From Camelus dromedarius (lineage: Eukaryota), in NCBI RefSeq assembly GCF_036321535.1, contig NC_087462.1, positions 186,001 through 250,000 of the forward strand: a stretch of 64,000 nt of DNA, given 5' to 3'. Every line of letters starts with the position of its first letter. The stretch's first letter is position 1. A program made the position numbers and the translations under genes. The notes under the pieces are model-generated. The model was not told the origin of the DNA and did not search any database. It saw only the letters and a list, made by a program, of their open reading frames with translations. Shown here one piece after another: positions 11,346 to 22,500 of this stretch.

Positions 11346-13389
11346 AGCATTTCTCTTCACGGTGGGCAGAACCCCCGCAGAGCAGTTACACCCATTATGG
11401 CCATGTAGCAGCACTGAGACCCCCCCCCCAACGGCTCCCAGCCCCCAGAAGCCCCGCATACCAGCTGTCTCCTTCCCTCCACCCGTAACCACCATTCTGA
11501 CTTCTAAACCAGGGCTGTTGGCCTCTCCTTTCAAACTGTGCACTGCATTCTTGAGGTCTCTTTCCCCAGCCTCGTGTGAGTCGTCCTGCTGTTGGGTGTG
11601 GTCCTAGACCCACAGTGCTGGGTGGGACATTCCATTGTGTGCAGATACCACACTTTATTTGATGAGCTTCTTCATTTCCATTTGGGGCAACTGCAAAATA
11701 ATGTTGTTGACAGCATTTTAGGTGGAGCAGGGGCAAAGGCCCTGGGGCAGGGTTGTGCCAGGTGTGTTGGAGAACAGGGAGGAGGCCTGTGTGGCTGGAG
11801 CAGAGTGAGCAGGGAGAGAGAGGTGAGGGCAGGGTCCTGTGGGCGCAGGGACGCCGTGACTGTTACCCAGAGGGAGGTAGGAACCCCAGAGGGTTTGGAG
11901 CAGAGGGGAGTGGTCAGGCAAAGAGAAAGGGAGGAGTCAAGAATGGCTTTGACTTGTATCTCCTGAAGGACGGATTTGACCTCAACCCAGAAGAGGGAGC
12001 CCAGTCGTCGTGCATGTCGGTCCGGGACACGTGCTCTAGGACACCACTGGCCTGGAACGGCAGGTGCAGATACCCAATAAAGAAGTGGGTTGAGGGAGCT
12101 GTCGTCAACATTGCTGCACTGAGCCAAGGCCCCCCACGCTCCTCTAAATCCCCGTGGGGGCTGAAGGTGGGTCTGCACCCCCAGGAAGCTGGGTTATTGG
12201 ATGGCCTGTTGTTCTCTCCCCGCACCGGGGGTCGGGGGGAGCGGCAGCAGGCCAGGTGTTCTCTGGGATGCCACCCATCCATTGTCAGCTTCCGTCTGCC
12301 CTCCCAGCCTGTGATCTGTCACTTCCCACCTCCCCAGGGCCCTCACAATTGTCCTTTGTCCGGCCGCCAGCCCCCTGATTCAGACTCACGCGCCTCCATG
12401 GCCGCCTGCCCCTTTGTCCCACGGGGACTCTAACAAGGGAGGCTTGTTCTTCCTGGGACAAGGACACAGCGAACCTGCCAGGCTCCCCTCCTGCCTCCAT
12501 CCTGGAAAGAGCTGGCTCTCCACGTGGGACCAAGCCAGGCAGGGAAGGACCAGCTCTCGTGTTCTGCTGGGCACCGAGCTGCATGCCTGCCGAGGGCCAT
12601 TATAATGATGAGGACACTGAGATTCAGAGAAAGGAAGACCTCGAATTCAGAGGATTTGGGGGCTGGAGAGGGCTGTTCGGGAGCCTAGAGAGTTCTACCC
12701 GACCAGGTCCTTTTCTCCCCTCTCCCTGGCTTTATCCATCCCGCTGGTCTTGTTTCCCTGGAACACCCCAGGTAGCTCCAGCCGCAGGGCCTCTGCACCC
12801 ACTGTACTTTCTACCTGGTATAGACGCTTGCTAACTCTCTCCACTTCCTCCAAGTCTCTGCTCAGACCTCCCCCTCTGAACACATCTCCCCCTGGCCACC
12901 CAACTTACTCCTACAACCTGCCCCGCTACTTCCACACTGCCAGGCTCCTTCCATCTCATTTTCTCTTCTCCCCACAGCATTTATCACCCGCAAATAGAGT
13001 ATACCTTCGACCCCCTGCGCAGTGGCTGGAGCTTACAAGAGCTGACCCTTAAGTCTGCAGGAGTTTTGTAAGCTGGATGACGTCGCGTTGGCAGCTTGAA
13101 ACTAGCCATGAGGGGAGTACTTACACCCCAGGAGTCAGCATGTGCTACAAAGCACAGCTTTTTGCCCTGGAGAGCCAGCACACTGCTGCCTGTTTACCTA
13201 ACATTTATGCTCCCCGGTCCCCACTCTCCCCACCCCACCCCTACCCCCACGAGAATGGAAGCTCCCTGGTCTCTGCGGTCACCCGGGCACCGAGAGCAAC
13301 ACTTGACAACTAGTGGGCCCTCAGTAACTATTTCTTAAATTAGGGAAAGACCCTCATCAGGGCTCTGGCGACTAAACGACCCTCAGCAC

Positions 13390-14180
13390 GACCATGGCCT
13401 CTAGCACCATTACGCCGGCCCCCGGACCCAGCCTCCCACACGAGATAAAGCACTCACGGCCCGGGCACCTCGGCCCTGGGCAGACGACAGGAGCCTGGCC
13501 GCCTGGCACGCGACTCCATCCGAGCGCACGACCCCGCCCCCCGCAACTCCAGACGCGCCCGCAGCCCTCACCCAAGCCACGGTCCCCACCTCGCTCCTTC
13601 GAGCACCCAGCGGGCGCCTCCTGCGTCGACGGTCGCCGCCTCCCCGGCCTCAGGCGTCCTCGCCCGGCCCCGGCAATGCCCACGCAGCAGAACTGGACCT
13701 AAAGAGGCACGACGCCTCCGTCATTCGCCCTAAAATACGCGAAGGCAGGAGCTCCTGCCTCAGAAGCCGAGTGCGCCCCTTAGGTCGGGCGCCCTCGCCA
13801 GCGACTCGAGGGTCGGGGCTAGCGAGGCCCTGCGCCGCGCGCGGCCTTGTGGGACACGCGGCCCCGGCGGTCGCCCCGGCTCCCGCGGCATGCCGGGAGG
13901 TGCAGTCCGGCAGCGCGGTGGCCGCGGGGGATGCCAATAGTCGTGGGCGGCGGCGGCGGCGGCGGCCTCCGAGTCGGTGTCGCTGATCGCAGCCGGAGCG
14001 GGAGCCGGAACGTCCCTGCGTTCGTGGCTGCAGCATGCGGGGCCGAACCAAGCTGGACCTCCGCGTCCTGCTGGCGAGGAAAGTCGTCACCGAGGGCGGC
14101 GGTGCGGTGAGCGCACGAGTCCCGGCCGGGCCCTGACCCTGGGTCCCCACCCCCGACCCTCAGCCCGACCCTGACCCTCT
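13390..14180. promoter_or_regulatory. Orphan CpG island with promoter features (CCAAT 13934, (GGC)7 13946-13966, ETS-like CCGGAA ~14005)
   Basis: Very high CpG density with no annotated-type coding exon; splice donors face outward on both strands (see findings). Confidence 0.75.
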
Positions 14181-14569
14181 CCCTGTTGGGCACCCACAGG
14201 TTATCTGGACCAGTTGGGACTCCCAGTCTCAGCCTTGGATGCTGGACCGTGGCCCCATTCCCTACCCAGCACCCCCAAACCCAGCCTGGTCCTCCGGGAG
14301 CCCTGCTCCAGATACCTCGGCACAGTCCTGCAACCCCAGTTTCCCACCTGCCCAGCAGAACTACCCCCAACTCCACCTTGACTGGGCTCTGAACTTTCGC
14401 CACCCCACCCGCCCCCATCACCCAGACCTAGCTGCCAGGCTTCCATCCTCCCCAAGCCCCCTGGTCCCATTCATGTCACAGGTGCAGACCCTACTGTCAG
14501 GCCCATCCGGTTCTCCTACATCCACCCGCACAGTTTCCCTACCTCCCAGTTCTCAGCACTGCTGGCACT

Positions 14570-14715
14570 GGGTCCCTATGTTTCTCCGGCGGCTGTGGGG
14601 CTTTGAGCAGCACCCCGGCCCCATCCCCTCGATGCCAGGAGCCCCGAGTGTGATAACCACAGATGCCCCCGGACATTGCCCAGGGTCCCTGCCAGGTAGG
14701 AACCACTGTCCTAAC
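14570..14715 (-). mobile_element. MER20 fragment
   Basis: cctcgatgccaggagcccc...gataaccacagatgcccccggacattgccc...ggaaccactg. Confidence 0.6.
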
Positions 14716-14919
14716 CCCTTAGCAGAGCAGGGGTTCCCAGGTCTCAGCCTGGGGTCCGGCGGAGGAGTGGGTGCCATGGTGGAACATTTCTGTTCTGTAC
14801 TCACCGGCACAAGCCAGTGCAAGGCCAGAGCCTCCCCACAGCTGCAATACAGTTCCAGCCGCACAGTCCGCTCCGTTCCCAGCAGCCATGCAGAAAATGC
14901 GAAAAGAAATGGGTGGTGT

Positions 14920-15470
14920 GAGTAACACAAATCAATTTATGAAATATGCTTTATTTAACCACATAAATCCAAAATACTACACTTTGAACCTGTAATAATA
15001 AATAGTAAGATTTTCACCTTCTTACCTCATACTAAAGTCTCGAAATCCAGTGTGTATTTTACCTTTACATGTATGTTCTGCTTAATTTTCTTTTTTTAAC
15101 CTTAAGATTTTTATTTTATTGTGTCTTTAGTATAGAGTTTCACAAGCTTCTGTCTTTCTAGTTAGACAAAAAGAACATTTATTAACCATCTCCTTCAACT
15201 GCTTTCCTCAGTAATAAGATGTATTTACCATGGTTGTCATTTACAGAGCACTTACTGCATGCCAGGCCCTGTGCTGTGTTCTGTTCTGCTTAATTTTCAC
15301 TGGAAGTATTTAATTTCATCTGTATGTAAGATTTCCTAAAATTGTAGGTGAAAAAGTAGATTCATAAACCCAAGTTGTTCCAAACATACTTAAAAGTTTC
15401 CCAGTAACTGAGTCTTCCCACCTGCTTTTAGGCTGATACTTGAATTAAAACGTACACTGCAGGCGATGAG
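14920..15470. mobile_element. AT-rich MER3/MER33-like DNA transposon relics (approx.)
   Basis: tatgctttatttaacc...catactaaagtctcgaaatccagtgtgtattttac; sharp AT-rich contrast with the flanks. Confidence 0.55.
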
Positions 15471-18400
15471 TGGCCACTCCTGGCTGGCACTCTGCCCGGC
15501 CTGAGTTTGTCCTATACCCCCACGTTGTCCCTTCCCCAGCCCGGCCTTCCCAGGTGGATCAGCTGGCTGGCCTACTGCATGGTTGGAATTTCACACAGCT
15601 GGCCCAGCGCTGGCTGGTGACCCACAGCAAATCCTTGGGAACTGTTTGAATTTATTGCCGGCACTTCTGCCCTGGGAAACGGCCTGCCTGCTCCTCAGAG
15701 ACCCTCCAAACCTCCATCACAACACAGGGTCTGATGGAGCAGAGCTGGGCCTCCCCACTCAGCTCAGCTGGTCCCCACACCGGGGCTGCCACGGTGGGTG
15801 TGGTCAGTGCACATGAGGTTTCCAGCTGGGGGCAGATGATGCATGGAGGGATGGACAGATGGACACTGAGTGGCTGGATGAGCGGTGGATGCGTGGACGA
15901 CTGGTGGCCCGGGGATGGAGGAGTTGTGATGATGGGAAGATGGACAACAGGTGGTGGACAGTGGACAAGCGGGTGGGTGTGGGCTGGGCAGATCTCTGAG
16001 GTCCCTGGTCTGCACACACCTGCTAAGGTCAGTTCGGGCCTCTTCTGCCCCTGCCCTGGGGGGAGTCTGGGAGGGGTGGTGACCTCCCTGCTGTCCTGTC
16101 CCCCAGGCACAGTGCCGGGCACGAACGTGGCATCCGTGGCCTGTGTGAGGGCGGCACCCCACCCCCTCAGGGCCCTAGTGCACCTGTGCCCCATGGAGCT
16201 GAGTGAGACTGCAGCCTGGGGCCCTCTGACAAGGCACTGCCCACATCCCGACCATCCACCTTGGGGGTCAGTTGGCCCCCTGATGCCCGCTCTCTGGGCA
16301 CTGGACACCATCCCCTTCAGCACCTTCCCCTCGCTCCCGGTGCTCCTGATCACCCTTTGCATCCCCCAGAACCCACGAGAGTCTCCTTGGGGTCCGTGGA
16401 CCACCCCTCAGCCCTTCGGCCAGAACCCCACTGACCAGGAGCTGCCCCTGGAGGACAGCACAGCCCCGGGGCCTGAGGTCAGGAGTCGCCTTTCTAGGTC
16501 CCCAGCCTTGTGGGAGTAGAGCCAGCACCCCCAAATCAGCTCTCACTCAGCAAACATGCCTGCCTGCCTGCCTGCCCTCTGGGGCAGGTGAGTGGCCCAA
16601 GGACCCTCAGAGCCCCCACCCGCACGTGTTCCGCTTTCTCCAGGTTGGCCCTGCCTGAGCCCTCCATCCAGGTCGGGGACCAGCCGCATTCCCCAGGGAG
16701 CGCACCCCCACCAGGGGCTGCTGTCCAGTCCAGTCCGTCTCATCACAGGTCGGAGCTTCCACCCTCTTGACGCTCCTGATGACTCAAACCTCAGTGCCTC
16801 AAATGGACCCAAGGGGCTCTAAAGGCCCCAAGATGGCCAGCCGGCCACCACCCAATTTGCCAAACTTGGGTTCAGCTTCAGAGAGAATCTCCAAGTGAGG
16901 CTGTCTTCACGGGCATCCCACGGTGGTTGTTTATCTGGGGACCTGGCCTCACCTTGGTGCCCTGGGTGTCAGCCCTCCATGCCCCCTCAGCCCAGCTGAC
17001 CCAGGGGACTTTAGGGACCACCAGATGGACTGGAACAGCCCCGTCCTGCTCTAAAATCTTCTGTGTGGCTATTTAATGAAAGACCACTCATAGCCTCCAT
17101 CTCCTTCCTCCCCCACTATCCCTGAGATCCCCCCCCAAGGCAGGGGTGATCCAGAGAGGGGTGCCCAGGCTGACATCCTGGGTCTGGGATTCTCCAGGGC
17201 CAGAGCTGGGTGGGGCACCTGATGGGGGAGGGGCTCCAAACGATCCAGCCCTGCCCTCCTAACTCCAGCTCACCCCAAAGAAAAAGAGCTGTGAGGTCCC
17301 CAACTGACCAGCGGTATAGCAAGAGGAGCTGGCAGGAAGGTGTCCTTGGGGAACAGGCGTGTCCTGGGGCTGGGGCGCTGGCCTCTCTGGACACTGAGCC
17401 TCCTTGGCCCCGAGTACCCTGCAGAGCACTGATGCTGTCCTGGGAAGGTGGGCGAGGAGGCCAGGATGTGGGTCTTCGGTGGGGCTGGGACCCTTGATGG
17501 GAAGGAGGCTTCCTATGGGGACCACTGAGGGCTTCCTCCAGGCAAGGAAGATGCCGGGAAGGGGTGACCCAGAGCTAGCACTGCAGGAAGCCCAGGCTTG
17601 GAGATACAACCGTGACCTCAGCCCCCACGCAGGCTCAGTCCCCCAGGGCAAGACAGGTGGGAGATGAGGTTCAGTCCCTGCTGGAGCTGGCTCTGCCTGT
17701 CCTGGGTCCATCCAGACCCCCTCTGGGCCTTCTCCCCCCACACCTCCCTCTGTCTCTTGTCTCTCCACCCGCCTTTTCTTCTCTCCCCTCCCCGCCAGGC
17801 TCTGACTCTCCCCACCTCTGCCAGAACCTTCTTCCTGTTCAGCCCACCTGTCCCTTCCTCAGGGTGGCCTCTGCTCTCCTTAGCACTCAGCCTCTTAGAG
17901 CTGTGGGTGTCTTGAACCTGATGGTTCCTCACTGCAGCAGCAGAGTCTTAGAGCTGAGGGGCCGGCAGTTGGGGAGACCAGTCCACGCCCCGTGAGGGCG
18001 GCAGGAAGCAGGGTCAGGGGCTGGGAAGAGACCCATTCACCAGGCCCGTGGCCCCCCACCCGGGTTAAGGGCCCAGCTTCCCGAGAAGGCCCACACCTCC
18101 GGCCTGGGGAGGGCCGCACCTCAGAATGGCCTTCCTGTGCAGCCTTTCCCGGCAGGGGGTGGAGGGGGATGGGACCAAGGAAGCCAGACTTTGGGTTCCC
18201 ACACCTGGGCCCTCCTCACTAGGGCCTGCTCCCCTCGAAGCCCCCCAGCCACAGCTCTCCTCCTCTGCTCCAGGCCCCTCCTCGTGGGCGCCAGTTTCTG
18301 CCTCTGACAATTAAGAGGCTGAGTGAGAAGACACAAACAGCAGAGCGGGTCATGCCCAGACCCCATGGCCGGGTTGCCCCCTCTTATGAGGAGGTCGGGG

Positions 18401-19398
18401 AAACTGAGGCACAAGCCACACCCTGAGGTCATGGGGGCAACCGAGACCCTCCATTCTTTTCTTCCTGCATGCCTGCTGCGCATGGGGTCTGGGGTCACTG
18501 CAGGGGGCAGCAGCATTACACGGGGGATGTGACATCAGCTGCAAGACCTTGCTAAGGGCTAGGAGGAAACCGCACCAAAGGAAGTGCGGTGGGGGAGGGG
18601 CGCAGGGAGGCTGGATGGGGCGGAGAGCAGGGGAGGCACGTGCTAAGGTCCTGGGGCTCTGGCAGCCTCCAGGAGTTTGGCTTTTCCTTCTGCCACAGGC
18701 AGTCTTGGGGTGTCTACGTGCTCAGAGGGTATTTCTAAATCCACTCTGGGTGCCGGGTGGTGAACGGCCCAGAAGGAGCCGGGGACCAGGCTGAGAGGCC
18801 GGGAATGGATGGATTCAGGAGTTGGGAAGATGAGATTCTAGGACTCGCTGATGACCCCCTGGGGGCCCCTCCCAGTCTCCTGTGGACCCCAGACCCAGGC
18901 CGCTATGTGGAACAGAGCAGAGGCGGCCTCCATGCCCGGGGCTCCCAGGGTCCCATCAGGCCTGCGTCCCAGGGACCGGAGGGCCTCAGCTCCATCATCC
19001 CCCGGAGACCCCAGTGCCTCCACAAGCTCCTCATCCTTGACGGTCCCCTCTTCCAAGCGGTTCCCCCGACGAGCCACCACCCCGGAGACCCCCCCACCCA
19101 CGAGCTTAGGGGAGGCTGCGCGCCGCCGCCCCCGCGCGGCCGTCGCGGGCAGTGAAGGACGAGATTTCCGCGACGGGGCGAACCTGGCGCCAACCCTGGG
19201 CCTGGCTCCGATTTCCATGCAGTTGACCTCGACAGTCACCCCTCTCCCGCCCCCATCTTCCGATCTTCCGTGTCTAAAAGTGAGACCTGGAATCGGCCCA
19301 GGCCCTCCGCCCGCCTGTTCTGACCTTGTTCTGCCCCCACCTCAACTCTGGCCCCCAGCCCCTGTCTCTCTGTCGCCTCCGGGGTCGAGGGTCAGGGT

Positions 19399-19421
19399 GG
19401 GAAACCCCCTCGGGAAACCCC
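19399..19421 (+). promoter_or_regulatory. MADCAM1: Tandem NF-kB sites (GGGAAACCCC x2) of the MADCAM1 promoter
   Basis: Exact GGGAAACCCC at 19399-19408 and 19412-19421, ~70 bp upstream of TATTTAA (19487-19493). Tandem kB sites are known to drive TNF induction of MAdCAM-1. Confidence 0.85.
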
Positions 19422-19534
19422 CGGGGAGCAGCTGGGGGGAGGGGAAGCGAGGTCTCGGGGCGGCGGGAAGGAGCCCAGGGCGCCACTATTTAAGCCTCCT
19501 CCCCGCGGGCCGGGGACAGAGCAGGGGACCGAGC

Positions 19535-19595
19535 ATGGAGCAGGGCGTCTTCCTGCCGCTTCTCCTCCTTCTGGGGCTGCTCCCGCAGGGCCGCG
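19535..19595 (+). CDS. MADCAM1: MADCAM1 exon 1 (signal peptide)
   Basis: gagcATGG context; donor G|GTGAGT. Confidence 0.92.
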
Positions 19596-22500
19596 GTGAG
19601 TGGGGACCTGGCTCAGGAGAGAAGCGGGGCGCCGCGGAGGTTCAGGGAGGTGATGGGGGATCCTACAGCGGAGGGCCTTGGAGGAGGCACGGCTGGAGGA
19701 GGAGGAAGGGGCTGGGGCTGGGGGCGCGGGGCGGGGCTGAGAGCGCCGTCTGCCCGCAGGTGGGCCGCTGGAGGTGGAGCCCCCTGAGCCCGTGGTGGCA
19801 ATGGCCGTGGGCGAGTCCCGAGAGCTCACCTGCCGCCTGGCCTGCGCAGACGGCAGGGCTGCCTCCGTGCAGTGGCGGAGCCTGGACACCAGCCTGGGCG
19901 CCGTACAGTCGGGCGCGGGCATCAGCGTCCTCTCCGTGCGCAACGCCTCGCTGTCAGCTGCGGGGACCCGCGTGTGCGTGGGCTCCTGCGGGAACCTCAC
20001 CTTCCAGCAGGCCGTGCAGCTCCTGGTGTTCGGTGAGCCCCCGCCCCTCCCGTCGCCTTGGCACCCGGCAGCCCTGCTTTTCCTCTGTCCCTATGCCACC
20101 TCTTCCTTGAGGCTTCCCGGATTGCCCACCCTGCCCCAGCTCAAAGCCTGCCCTGCAGGTCCTCCTGAGCCACTCTGCAATCCACTCCCTCCTCCTCGCA
20201 TTCCCCTTCCTGGCCTCTCAGACTTCACTCCCTTTCCATCCCCAAACCTCCCGCACCCAAACCTCTGCCCTTTCTGCTCTGGACACCTGTCCTGCACCTT
20301 ATAATTTAGCCACACATGGTGTGGCCACTGGGTTTCCCTGTCCCTGTGCCCCAGCAGTGCCCACTCACCCCCTACCCCACCCCCACACCCCTTCCTCAGG
20401 GCCCAGCCCTGACCCTCTGGGCTCAGCCCACCCCCTCCCATCCCTCCCTCCACAGCCTTCCCGAACCAGCTGACTGTGACCCCAGAGGCCCTGGTGGCCG
20501 GGCAGGGCCGGGAGGTGGCCTGCACAGCCCACAACATCATGCCTGCTGGCCCGCCTACCAGCCCTGACACCTTCTCCATGTCCCTGCTCCTGGGGGATGG
20601 GGAACTGGAGGGGGCAGAGGCCCTGGACTGGGATGTGGAGGAGGAGCCCCAGGAGGGCGAGGACCCGCTGTTCCAAGTGACGACCCGCTGGCTGCTGCCC
20701 CCCTGGGGGGCCCCCGCCCTGCACACCCTCCACTGCCAGGCCACCCTGAGGCTGCCAGGCTTGGAGCTGAGCCACCGCCAGCCCATTCCAGGTAAGTCTG
20801 CAGGTTCCCGGCTGGGCAGCGCCTCAGTGTCCCCAGGACACGGGTGAAGTCACAACACCCAGCTCCTAGGAGCCCTGATGGGCAGTGCCCAGCAGCTCTT
20901 CTGGAATCTTGGGAGCAACCCACTGCATCCCCATCTGGGCGGGAGCACAGTACCCACCGCAGGGGGAAAAATGCATTCAATTTTTACTCTGTCCCCTGGC
21001 GGCAGCCAGAGTGTGGCTTCTTATTCATTCGACAGCTTTCCTGAGCACCTGCCCTGTGCTGGGCCGTAACTTGCTGCCCCTCCTCTGCCCACAGCCTTCT
21101 ATGGCTCCCACCTCCCTCTGGGTGGAAGCCCAAATTCTCCCTGTGCCCAGGGGCCCCTGCAGAGCTTGCCCTGCCTGTCCCACTGCCTCCCTGCCCTCTC
21201 CCCTCCTCCCTTTCCCCCTCACTCACTCTGCTGTTCCCCCAACACCCCAAGTGCGGTCCTGCCCCAGGGCCTTTGCACTGCTGTGTGTTCCACCAGCAAT
21301 GCTCTTCCCCACACCCACATCTCCCCTGGCTCCCTCTCTCACCTCCCTCGGGTTACCTTCCCAGTGAGGGTTTCTCTGACCTCCCTGTCCAAGGGGTCAA
21401 CCCCCCGCCCCTCACACAGACACACATACGCACAACACACACTCACACACATGAGCTCCTTCTCTCCTGTTGAATGTCTGTTGAGGATCTGTTGACACCT
21501 TCTGTCAGCATCTGACATCTCATGTGCTTGCTTTGTTTTTTCCATTATCTGTAGAGACAGACCCTGTTGCCGTGGGTTTTATCCAGATAGGAACGTGTCG
21601 CTCCCATTCACAGCTGTGTCTCCAGTGGCTAAAACAGTGGCCAGCACATAGTAGGTGTTCAGTACCTACATTTACAGTCTGAATGAATTAATGAATAACC
21701 GCTATCACAGTGCCTGGCGCACAGTAGGTGCTCAAGAAATGCTGAACGAACTAACAAAGACATTTAACGTGGGGTCTGGCACACAGTAGGTGCTCAGTTC
21801 ATTTCATATGTTATTATTAGTTTAACCCACATGTGTCTAATCTGGGACGGGCCCTGCCCGCATCACCAGGCCCCTGGCAGGCTCTCATTAAAAAAGTACA
21901 GGTTGATTCTCTGATAGGGCACCTTGAAACTCATGTTAACACGCTGGGGTCATGGGGGCCAGGAAAGATTCTGGATCAAGAAGTAGGAAGGGGCCAGGCA
22001 GGGACACAGAGAGAGGGCCTGCAGACAGACCTCCGGGTCTGAGAGATTTCACAGCAGAGCCTACAGATCCCCTCTCGGGGCCTCAGCCTCTTGACTGCAC
22101 AACAGGGCATCTCCTCATTCCATGGGGGGCACCCTCCCCTCCCGCCTCCCACCCTTTTCCCAATACCCCAAGGCCCTGTGCTCTGGGTACACGGATCGCT
22201 CTTCATGCCAGCCCCCCGGGGTAGGTGGCTGTCACCCCACCCCCATTACAGCTGAGGAAAGTGAGACTTGGGGATTTAGACGCTCACTCAGGGTGGAACG
22301 GCCACAATGGACCCCGACCCTGCTCCTACCCACCCTGAAATTCACCCAGGATGGGCTTAGAGCAGTTCTGGTCCAACCATGTGGTCCAGATGGAGAGATG
22401 CAGGCAGGAGAGGGGGCCTGGGCAGCAGTGAGAACAAATGGCTGCCATTTTCCAGTCCTGCAGGGCCTGACCTCCCCGGAGCCCCCTGCCACGCCCCCCC

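Noticed and set aside
13743-13760. Perfect 18-bp palindrome AGGCAGGAGCTCCTGCCT
   Set aside because: About 0.25 expected by chance in 64 kb even without GC bias; no associated structure.
18851-20110. 419-aa ORF over the MADCAM1 promoter; likewise 35860-37161 (433 aa), 35773-36741 (322 aa, -) and the upstream parts of 22122-23135 and 29776-30630
   Set aside because: These are stop-poor GC/CpG-island frames that run through real exons and across canonical splice sites; the extra parts are low-complexity Pro/Gly/Arg/Ala.
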